From contig JASCQW010000146.1 of assembly GCA_030264375.1 (NCBI GenBank), positions 26,407,544 to 26,471,543 of the forward strand: a stretch of DNA of 64,000 nt, in the 5' to 3' direction. Positions 39,509 through 50,500 of the stretch are shown here, in pieces. The number at the start of each line of letters is the position of its first letter. Positions within the stretch are counted from its first letter, which is position 1. The notes below the pieces were generated by a model. It had not been told where the DNA came from, made no database searches, and saw nothing but the letters and a program-made list of their open reading frames with translations. Source of the stretch: Carcharhinus longimanus (Eukaryota). The position numbers and the translations under genes are program-made.

Positions 39509-39630
39509 AGGCAGGATTTTATGGCCTCGCTCGTCCCAAAACCATAAAATCCTGCCTGAGGTCAGCTGATCTTCCCATGGTCCATCCCTCGCCCGCTCTA
39601 ATTCTGGTGGCAGGTGGGGTGGTTCTGGTC
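39509..39630. mobile_element. Short MITE-like element with a perfect 16-bp inverted repeat
   Basis: aggcaggattttatgg (39509-39524) and ccataaaatcctgcct (39542-39557), 17-nt spacer. Confidence 0.65.
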
Positions 39631-41002
39631 ATTATGTTCTGAGTGTTTTGTTAATACATGTAGTTAAGTATTCAGTACTGAATGGGTTCAAGAGTCCATT
39701 GTATATTTCACTGTTTTACAAGCAGATTAGCTAACTTGATAAATGGAAAAATATGTCTTATAAATGTCCAAAATTCCTGAACCACTGAAGGGAAAAATAA
39801 ACCATCAATCCGAATCCTTCTATTAGCAGCAAAGAACAGTGGTTCGAAATAGTGGAACCAGAAGTGCTGCCTGACCAATATAAACTCAGTAATCAAGAAC
39901 AAATTCAGTTAAGTATTAAACTTCCATTAATGTCAGCACAAAACAGATCATCCTGAGAAACCTCCATGTGTCAATTTACTGCTTTTGCAAGCACCAATAT
40001 ATCAAAATTGCTTCAAACAATACACGTGACTTCATATTCTTGGAACTACAATAAAACACAATAGCCCATGTTATCCAGAATGTGCAACAGACAAAAGTTA
40101 CAATAAGTAAGAAAGCAAGTAGAAAAATGTCACTGCTATTCACCAACACAGGAGATGATTCAACAGAAACCGCTTGAGATTCACAGTTGTTGCTACAACA
40201 GCAACATCAAGGCTAGAATTCAGTAATAAGAAAATGCAGTACACAGTCCAAAATGCAAACATTTTACCAACAGTTCCTGGAACTGCAAGGGGATTGAGAT
40301 TTTGTTGAAGGCAAATCATGTCAGTAAACAAATTATACTCATCAGCTAACTAAATTACTCAATTTCAATTTAAAACTCCCCTGTCCCATTTGCACAGCTT
40401 TTTTTCTTGCACTACTCAGATAATGAAAACTTTGAAGCTGGAACAAATTTTAGGGCAAGAAAACTGATGTGGTCTATTAAAAAAAAAGAGCAATTGCTTT
40501 CATGAAAAGTTGTTTCACAAAAAACTTCCTTTTGTTTTAAGGCAGGTGAAGCATAAGAATAATGTGCCACTTTCTCATGGTTATATTATATACAAGTAAC
40601 ATGACAGGCATTTCAAACCTTCACACTGTACATCAGCAAAACAAAAAACTCTGACAAACGCCATATCGAAGGCAGTGCCCTTTAAGAAGTTATAGAAATG
40701 TGGCAACGAGATAAGTTTTATTTTACCAATGAACTGGAGAGAAGAATAGTGATTTTTGCTATTCAGATTTGGCACAGATTCAGTGGATGGCCACTTGTTC
40801 ATCTCTGATTACGGAACAAATGTCTCTTTGTAGTCTATACTCTAAAAATAAAAAATGCAGCAGGGTTTTCTAAAAGTTTGTTCCATGCTTCAAATTTCAC
40901 CCCCATTAAAAATGCAGTTATTAAAACATAAACCACCAATGTTTGAGCTTATTTACTCAAAATAATTCATATCAACTGACTCATTCCTACAATGTAAAAT
41001 AC

Positions 41003-41173
41003 CTTCTGTTCTTGAATTTGTGCCTTCACCACTTTGTATTCTGCTGATGGAGGTTTCTGATTGGCAATCAGTTCTTCAGTATCTGTAAGCCAGCTCAACA
41101 AAGGTTCCAAAGCATCCTGGAACTTTCCACGGTGCAACAGTGCTTCTTGTAACTGGGATATACGTTCTGCCAC
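41003..41173 (-). CDS. MACF1: MACF1 exon, 171 nt ([13 protein letters not shown]...AQIQEQK)
   Basis: cccag|GTG ... AAG|gtattt; phase 0/0. Confidence 0.95.
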
Positions 41174-41369
41174 CTGGGAAAAAAACATTTCTTATTACCC
41201 AATATGGTCTTAACAACTCTACTTTAGAGTTCCCCTGCAGAGATCCAAGCGTCTTAGAGGAAAAATTAAAAGAACACAATTAAGCCAAAGGGAAGGGGGA
41301 AGTAGTGATAAAGAAAGAAGAGCAATGTGGGCAGAGGAGCCCTGGGGGAAGAATGAGTGGAATTGCGGG

Positions 41370-41532
41370 GGTGGGGGGGGTTGCCTGCAGTTTTCATTCA
41401 ANNNNNNNNNNNNNNNNNNNNNNNNNNNNNNNNNNNNNNNNNNNNNNNNNNNNNNNNNNNNNNNNNNNNNNNNNNNNNNNNNNNNNNNNNNNNNNNNNNN
41501 NGGGGGCGGTGGCCTGCAGGTTTCATTCAAAA
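41370..41532. repeat. Collapsed G-rich minisatellite flanking a 100-N gap
   Basis: ggggttgcctgcagttttcattcaa before and ggggcggtggcctgcaggtttcattcaa after the gap. Confidence 0.7.
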
Positions 41533-41842
41533 GCAATTGTGATTGCACTCCAAAGTAATTAGTTTTTCTTTGAGAAACATAAGGTGCCATATAAGAGCAG
41601 TATTTTTGAAGACATTTATTTGACTACTCATTGGACAAAAATATTGAGCTAACCAGGGCACTCAGTATACCAATTCTAAAGGCCAAATCTTTTATTCTTT
41701 CAACTGATCATTGTTTAAACAAAATCTGAATACAAAACATATTATTAAAGTTATAATTTTAAATTGGTCTTCCTTTAACTTCAATAATTCTTTTATAACT
41801 CTAAAGAGAACATGTTCTTTTCTATACTTGGAAAGAACTGAC

Positions 41843-42004
41843 CTTTTTATTGAGTGTGTTCCATCTGGTGTTCATCTCATCCAGATCATGTTCAAGTCCT
41901 TGGGTGTTGGCATTCTTCGCAGCACTCTGAATAAGACCCTGTCCCACCCCATTAGCCTGCTGAAGTTTGTACTGGATGGGGTCCACCTGAACTTTCTGGA
42001 ATAT
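41843..42004 (-). CDS. MACF1: MACF1 exon, 162 nt ([16 protein letters not shown]...TRWNTLNKK)
   Basis: ttttag|ATA ... AAG|gtcagt; phase 0/0; 54 aa spectrin-repeat segment. Confidence 0.93.
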
Positions 42005-43059
42005 CTAAAACAGAAGAATAATGAGAAACAAATCAGTCTACAATACTGTCATAATAGCTCACCTTGAAATATTATGAAATAATACAATTTTGCACAGAAA
42101 TGGGAGGATTGTGATGTGTATCTGCATTGAGTCAATAAAAAATTAAAATCACTTATTAAATATGCAAAAACACATCTGGAATGCAGTACCGACAAAAGCT
42201 AAGGTCTAAGGCACAAAATATAAAAAGTGCATGAAGGTACAAAACTGGGTAATGTTTGTTTTGAAAGGTCTGTATTTTACCAGAATTGTTATCAAAGATC
42301 AAAGCAAGCCAAAGATTGAATCATAGTTTATACAAAAACAAAACCACCTCTCAAGTCCTCAGATCACACTCCCACAAAAAAAAGTCAGTAAACTCACAAT
42401 CAATAGATGGAAACAATTAAAAGAACACTACTGAATCCTAATAACGAACAATCTTCCTTAACCCTATGATGTCTAACAATCAAATACTTTCTAGCATTTT
42501 CTTCAACTTTGAGTTATGCTATTCTTTACACATTACAGGTTCAGTAGTCAGAGAATCAAAGGAGCTTAGCCAATTTATATTTTATGTTTCATTTTTTAAG
42601 AATGAAAATCTAAATAGTCATATTTGGTAAAATTATGAAGATTGTCTTAGGAAGTTATTTATAGACACTGCTAAAAGTAATTCTCTGTTTAATGCTCAAG
42701 AGTCTAACTGAACTAATTTCAACTCTCCTAGTAGAATCTTTGCTTTTTTTGCAGCACAGATAAATTCTACTACTCATTTAGTAAGGAAAATTAAGCCATT
42801 TGTTCCCCTAAAAGCTGCAAGAGTTAAAAAGTTGGATTAATTTCTTGACTTGGCCCAATTCTCTCAAGTTGGGTACAAACATTTTCCAAGCACAGAATTT
42901 ATTTACATGGACCTGGGAAGGGGAAGTAGAAATACATACCTAATTGTTTCAAGTGGGCTCTCACTGATGTAGTGGGTTTTGAGCCAAGTGTGCTTGTTTT
43001 TATTGGAAAAAAAAAACTAGTAGTTTAAAAATTAAGGACACCACACACCCCAAACACAC

Positions 43060-43330
43060 ACACTTCCATCTTCTTCCATTGGGAAAAAGAGTCTGAGGTC
43101 ACGTACAACCGACTCAAGAACAGCTCCTTCCCTGCTGCCATCAAACTTTGGAATGGACCTATCTTGCAATAGGCTGATCTTTCTCTACACCCTGGCTATG
43201 AATGTAACATTACATTCTGCACTCTCTCCTTTCCCTCTCTAGGAACGGTATGCTTCATCTGTAAAGTGTGCACGAAACAATATTTTTCATTGCATACTAA
43301 TACATGTGATAATTCAAAATCAAATCAAAC
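43060..43330 (+). mobile_element. Rex1/Babar-like LINE 3' end
   Basis: NRLKNSSFPAAIK motif and the same 3' UTR and (tcaaa)n tail as 62135-62524. Confidence 0.7.
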
Positions 43331-44672
43331 ACTCATCAGGTTGTTCACACTTCAGGTACCATGGAACAGAGGAAATGTGTAAAAAAAATGACTACCCCAT
43401 GGGACAGATTGTTTGACAATGTATTGTACAATTCTAGGCCCAGAGGCAAAATGGTGCATAATACAAGTTGAAAAATTATGAACTGTTCAAATTTTAGGTA
43501 TTCCCACTGCTAAGATAAACAATTTGTAAACATTAATTGGATAGTCTATTTGATTGAATATACAGTGATTGTGAATCTTCCCTGATTGTTGTGTAGTGTG
43601 TGTTATCTGGAGCCACACACTGATTTGCAAAGCACAAGAGAAATAAAGTACCCAAGAATGAACATCATCAGCTTTAAAAATCAAAACATTTTTCTTTTAT
43701 TTTACTTTTCACCATTGTCCAAAGTTTAGAAAAACTTGTTAATGACTTCAAATATTTGTGCCAAGAAACAATATTTAATTTTAGCTGTTTGATGCGGTAA
43801 GCCAACTCCCAGAAAACTCTGAAGCCAGTCATTTTAATTGATTTCCCCACCCTATACTGAGGAAATGGGCAGCAGTGGACAAGTTATCAACAAATTACTT
43901 TCAAAATTCATCTTGGACAGTGGAGTAAAATAGCAGCAATGGACTGCCAACCCATCTTCAATAGTCAACTGAAAAACCAATTTGGACAGAACGCAAAACG
44001 ATTTGCTAATATGCTGTTGCCAATTTTGTGCTACAGTCCTTGACATATTTGTATGCCATTGTTTTTAGATATCCAGGAAAGAATCCTGACCAAGAACATT
44101 TGTGCAAAACTGTACTTGATCAAATAAATGACCAATGCTGGAAAATGTTCCAGCAGCTTTCACAATAGTAAATGTAGAATATTTTGAATGTAAAAAAGAG
44201 AGGAACTGATGCCCAAGGGCTTTGCTAACAATGCCCTTACTTATCTACAACAGGCAAAAGTAAAATCACAGTTAATAAGTGCAATTTTCTCATGCCAGGA
44301 GATCTGATTTCAAGCATATGCTTCCCATGCAGCGCAGACAGTCTAATATACAGAATGCAGCTGATGATAGGAAAAAAAACTCAACCACGTAGTAATTCTA
44401 TGGCAATGGGTGATAATTGAGTTAAGCAGAATTAGCTTTTGAAGAATGAAGGGCAAGGAATAATTTCACAGACGACACCATTTTAAATGATCTAACGTAT
44501 TAGCAAAGGAAAAGCTATAGAAACTGGAAAGATGGTGAGGAGAAAGAAAATATATTGAAGACTCAAATGTGTGACTATTAAGAATTGATTTTCCTCTCAA
44601 ACATTAAAAAGCATGAGCCATTGGGAACTTCTTGATTGACCTTCACTCAGTCTGCAGTAGTTCACGAAATGT

Positions 44673-44782
44673 AAGTAGTCTCACAACACCAGATTAAAGT
44701 CAAGGAGGTTTATTTGGAATCACAAGCTTTTGGAGCTCTGCTCCTTCATCAGGTGAGTGGCTTGGTGTTGTGCAACTTCTTA
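44673..44782 (-). mobile_element. Penelope-like terminal-repeat fragment with inverted ends and degenerate hammerhead core
   Basis: aagtagtctcacaacacca ... tggtgttgtgcaacttctt; minus strand reads CTGATGA-A-GGAGC-AGA-GCTCC-AAAA-GCTT. Confidence 0.55.
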
Positions 44783-45892
44783 NNNNNNNNNNNNNNNNNN
44801 NNNNNNNNNNNNNNNNNNNNNNNNNNNNNNNNNNNNNNNNNNNNNNNNNNNNNNNNNNNNNNNNNNNNNNNNNNNNNNNNNNNNNNNNNNNNNNNNNNNN
44901 NNNNNNNNNNNNNNNNNNNNNNNNNNNNNNNNNNNNNNNNNNNNNNNNNNNNNNNNNNNNNNNNNNNNNNNNNNNNNNNNNNNNNNNNNNNNNNNNNNNN
45001 NNNNNNNNNNNNNNNNNNNAAGATTTCTTTGGCCCTCAAACTCTGCTCAAATGATCGTCTGCCTGCATGCATATATTGAAGTTCAAGCAATTAAATCAGA
45101 TAACCAGATTCCGGTTTCAATATCATCAGGCTAAACTATCACAGAAGATAATTCAGAGATGTGGGTCATGTGACTGTATTAAATTAGCTCAGATTATTCA
45201 AAACAAATTGAGTTGGCTGCAGTTTCAAATGACATCCTTTTAACCAAGGTCAGTGAAGGAGGATCTGGCTTGTGCTATGCTTTGTCTATTACAAGGAACA
45301 TGCGGCTGTATTCTTAGATTTAAAAACTATAGATTCCACTAGCAGTCAGCAAGAGGTTTTGGGAGCTGATCAAGGTAAGGGTTTCCTGACTAATTTGGAA
45401 CTCAATGGGTTGCAGACAAAAAAAAACTAGTACTGTAGCTATGTTTTTAAAGCAATAAGGTTAGTAAACATGAGATATAATTTTCAGTGGTTTCTATGCT
45501 CAGCTGGGTAACCATTTTCATAAAATCAAACAATGATATCACTAACTTCCATCTGTATCTGTTGCTAAGCATAATCCCATTTGTATAAACACATAGCAGA
45601 ACAATACATAACTGAAAAGTTGTGGAATAATTACTGCACAAGAATGTAAAAATATCAAAACTTTCCAAACTTATGAACTGTCACATAGTTTGAATATTTG
45701 AGTAACAAAGTTCAATGCAACTATATAATTATACAACCTTTCTAGCAATTGGCCCTAACAACGCAATTTCTAGAAAGATTAGAATAATCACCCCTTACTT
45801 TTCACTGCACTCAACTACCCTCAGGCAACTAAGGGTGGCAATAAATGCTGGCCAGCCAGCACTGCCCATGATTTAAGTGAATAAAAGAAACA

Positions 45893-46169
45893 AGAACCAA
45901 AAAATCCCTCCAGTGCAGAAGGAAACCATTCGGCTCATTGAGTCTGTGCCGATTCTCTGAAACAGCATTCCTCCTAGGCCAAGCATATCTGCTGTAAATC
46001 TGTACATTTACCAAGGCCAGCACATCTTTGGACTGTGGGAAGAAACTGGAACACCAGGAGGAATCTCACACAGATACAGGGAGAATGTCCAAACTCCACA
46101 CAATCAAGGCCAGAATCTAACCTGGGTCCCTGGCGCTGTGAGGCAGCATTGCTAACCATTGTGTTGCCC
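45893..46169 (-). mobile_element. HE1/V-SINE-like SINE
   Basis: Same head and core on the reverse strand. Confidence 0.8.
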
Positions 46170-47569
46170 CAAATTGAGAGTGTCCAATTCATGTACAACA
46201 CAAAAATCCTGAACATATTTAAATACATACGTGAACAAATAGAAAAATCTTAACATCCAATGAAGGAACAATGATGCAGACTCAAGAAAAAACATAAAAG
46301 TCAGTTTCCTAGATAGGGGTTCCAGATATTCAGCTGGGCCATTAATGGCGTTAAGAAGAATCGTCTGCCACACTGCTTTTTCTACTCAACCCTGCCAAAC
46401 ATTTTATAGTCCACGTAAATGACAATATTGATACACAATGGAGAATGACCCATTTCCTACACTCTCAGGGAATATGCATTGTGTGATAAGGAAGGTAATC
46501 CTAACATAGAAAAAGGTATCATATCCCCAAATGAACAAACTTGCTCATTCAGGTGTTACATAGCTATGGTGAAGTTATCCAGTATATGCTGTTCTGAGGA
46601 AGGTAACTCGCGTGCAAGCATTTTGCGTTCAAGCATTATTTCATCAATGATACTCGGTGAGGCTGGTTTCAAATTTGCATGTAAGCAACATTTTATGTCA
46701 AGTAACAGACCACAACAATATCTACGGTTCTGCATATTTTTGACCATGTGTAATACATGCACACTTTGATGTTTCCTCGGTTGATGCTTTTGGTGCGCAC
46801 GCATTGCTTATAGTAAATCTGATATTACCAAAGTTCCTCTTTTTACAATTTAGCCAAAATATGAATTTAAGTATTAACCAAGATATCATTTTTACAGTCA
46901 CCATTTTTATATTTTTTTTGTTGGAATTTTAAAACTTCTGCTCTATGATAGTGAAATGGTTTTGGCCAGACTTTTGAACTGTTGCCAACAATGCTACTCC
47001 AACAGCCAGTTATACTCATATCTATTTAACATCCTTAGAATCAACCAGACTTATTCAATAAAGGTGGCAAAGTTTGAAAGTCAGCTGATTTACAGGTTCT
47101 AACTGAAGCAATTTGCCTGGGAATCTGATACTTGAACTTGTAGGTTATCCAGTTGCGAATTCAACAAACATGTTCATTTTAGTTCTCCAGCAATGCGAAA
47201 TAAATCAGTGTTAGTCAATACTGAATTTTTATGCATATTTTAATTGTTATATGTCTAAAATTTTGTATACAATGTTTTGCTTCGATAGTCAAATTTTTGA
47301 TCTGGGCAAGTTAAATGAGCACCAGGTCACAGTGAGAACATTACAGCTGTTGGAGCCTGACGACTTGAAGCAAGCTTTTGTTTCAATCACATTATAATAA
47401 CAGCATTTCGCAAACACTGCATTTAACTGACTTTGGTGGGGGGGAGGTCAGGATATGACTCAAGTTGTATTCACTGATGACTTATCACGGTTTAGTTGAA
47501 TCTCTGTTAGAGACTGCTGGATGCATTTGTATATGCATCAAAAAAGATCATTTTAAATTTATTGTACAA

Positions 47570-50500
47570 TTAAATTGTTTCATATGCTTTCATGTCACAC
47601 TCTTCATTAATTTGGTCAGGAAAATTAGTGATTTTAAACATAAATACCTCAATATCTGCATCCAGTTCTTCACTTAAAACAGAAAAATCAACTTCATTTG
47701 GCTCCACAGTGGATTCCTCTGCTTCAGTGTCTAAAATTATATTGAGTGAACCTGGCTCCAAGGTCAACACCCTTGGGTTAGTGTCATTGGAATCTTCCGG
47801 TGATTCTACCTCAAATAAATATTCTAGCGTTCCTTCTTCAATAAAGTCATCCTCAAGGCATGAACCAGAAACATTTTCCCACACATCTGCTTTCAGGTTT
47901 GTTTTCCTACTTTCAGCTGCAGTTGCTTGTGTTGTCACAGTTGCTTCACTTACGTCCATTTCTTCATCAGATTGGAAAAGAAACTTAATTGCCTCAAGTG
48001 GCTGCTCAATATCCATGTCAAACAACAATACTCCACCGGAACCTTTACTGTTTTGAACAAACATATCAGACTCAAAATCTATTTTGGGGGGATCACTTTC
48101 AAATTGCTGTTCTGAGCCATGTATGTACACTGTAGCAACAGCATCTAAACTTTCTGACCATTTTACTTCACCCATATCTATCAAATCTTTCTGCTCATTG
48201 AACTGAACATCAGTGCAACCCTCAGTGTGAAGTGGAATCTCAATCGCTTCAGGTTTCATTTTCAAGTCTGATGACTCTATTTGAATGTCAATTTCCTGTA
48301 CTTCAAATCCAATACATTTCTTCCCTTCTTTCTCTAAATTAAGGCCCTGCTCCTCCTCTTCACAGCCACCAGGGAATTTCTCCACATCAGAGCCTACATC
48401 AGGCACACAAGAAATTACTGATACTTCCTGACTATAATTTGACTGATAGTCACTAGATTCCGAAAGAGAATTTGTAGTTCGGGTCTCAACAGCCATTTCA
48501 CATTCTTCTATTTGTATGTAAGTGGCCTCCGTATCCTTGGTCTCCCCGTCATTGGGCAACATCGCCATGTCCAAAGCACAGTATGAGGGATCAAGATGTG
48601 ATGTTACAGTGGAGTCTGTTGAAGGATATTCAATTATATCATGTTTATTTAATTGCATAGAGTTTTCCCACAATTCCTTGGTGTTCTGCACACTGGACAA
48701 ATTTATTAGTTCCTGAGGACAGCAATCAAAATGCGTTCTTAATGGTATGGATGGATCTTTAGGACATTGAACAGTTGTTTCATGTTCTTCTAACCGAACA
48801 GACTTTTGTCCATCTTTTTTTATGCCAGCATTATGGATTCCACATTCCTTGATTAAAGTTTCAGGTTCAGTACCTGTAGTTCTTACTTCAAACACAACTT
48901 CTTTATCACAATTAGAGTTTTCCTCTGAATTCACTTGCACCTCTTTGGAAGGAAATTTTGGTCGATTCAAAAGATCATGACAGAATGTTATATTATAGTC
49001 CTCCCCAGACATCGCTGTAATATCTTTCTGATAGATGTCACCCTCCTCTGATCCAGCTGTGCTAAAATATGCATCTGACTGCTGTACTTTGGATTTGAGG
49101 GTGCACTCAGACTCCTCTTTCTGATGAATATTATTTTTCCAATCTGTGCAAGTTGATTTTTGCTCAGTTGCAGTTATTCCCTCAATCGCTTTTTTATTGC
49201 TTTGTGATTTACAACCTAATCCTTCAGAACATTCTCCAACTGCAGAATTTGATTTTGGGATAGCCATAAAGTTTTCTTCTGCTTCTACTGACACATCATA
49301 TTTCATTATTTTGTCAACCAACAATTGGTTCTCTTTTGCTTCAAATCTCAACAAAGAATTTGCGTCACCTTCTGTGCTTTCCAAGATTACAATTTCTAAC
49401 TGTTGGAGTACTGATTCTTCATCAAGGACTTCGCTGTCTTCAATCAAACATCGTTGTTCTTCTTCTTCAAATTGTTGTAGGGAGTCTGTATCACCCTCCA
49501 TGTGTTCCAAGATTTCTGAATCCAACTGAAGGGTTGGCTGCTTATTAAAAGCTTCTCGGCCTTCAAACAAGCTTTGCTCTACTTCTTCAAATTGTAACAG
49601 GAATTCTGTATCTGCCTCTGTACTTGTAAAAATTTCAGCATCTAACTGAAGTGCTGACTGTTCATTAAAAACATCTCGGTCTTCAAATAGTTTTCTCTCT
49701 TCTTCAAATTGTAGCAGAGAGTCCATATCACCCTCTCTGGTTTCCATTACAGCATCTAGTTGTTGAAATGCTGATTTTTGACCAAATTCTTTGTCATTAA
49801 TCAGCATTTGCTCTTCTCCAAATCTCGAGAGAGTGTCTGCATCTTCCTCTGTGACTTCCATGATTGCAGCATCCAGCTGTTGAAGAACTGATTCCTCATT
49901 TTCAATTAATTTCTGCTCCTCTTGTTCAAATTGCAACAGTGAGTCCATATCTTCCTCTCTGACTTTCATGATTGCAGCATCCAGCTGTTGAAGAACTGAT
50001 TCCTCATTTTCAATTAATTTCTGCTCCTCTTGTTCAAATTGCAACAGTGAGTCCATATCTTCCTCTCTGACTTTCATGATTGCAGCATCCAGCTGTTGAA
50101 GAACTGATTCCTCATTTTCAATTAATTTCTGCTCCTCTTGTTCAAATTGCANNNNNNNNNNNNNNNNNNNNNNNNNNNNNNNNNNNNNNNNNNNNNNNNN
50201 NNNNNNNNNNNNNNNNNNNNNNNNNNNNNNNNNNNNNNNNNNNNNNNNNNNGTGAGTCCATATCTTCCTCTCTGACTTCCATGATTGCAGCATCCAGCTG
50301 TTGAAGAACTGATTCTTCACTGTTTTCAGTTAATCGCTGCTCCTCTTGTTCAAATTGCAACAGTGAGTCCATATCTTCCTCTCTGACTTCCATGATTGCA
50401 GCATCCAGCTGTTGAAGAACTGATTCTTCACTGTTTTCAGTTAATCGCTGCTCCTCTTGTTCAAATTGCAACAGTGAGTCCATATCTTCCTCTCTGACTT

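Noticed and set aside
2273-42004. Assignment to dystonin (DST/BPAG1)
   Set aside because: Diagnostic residues ([21 protein letters not shown], the NAE microexon site) and the nested KIAA0754-like ORF fit MACF1 better.
46556-46804. 82-aa minus ORF with a coding-looking tail (PASPSIIDEIMLERKMLARELPSSEQ)
   Set aside because: No convincing acceptor/donor pair and no family I recognise; may be 3' UTR or intron.
47592-49548. Plus-strand ORFs of 60-154 aa opposite the giant exon and other exons
   Set aside because: Antisense shadows of real coding sequence; Ser-rich, with no independent signal.
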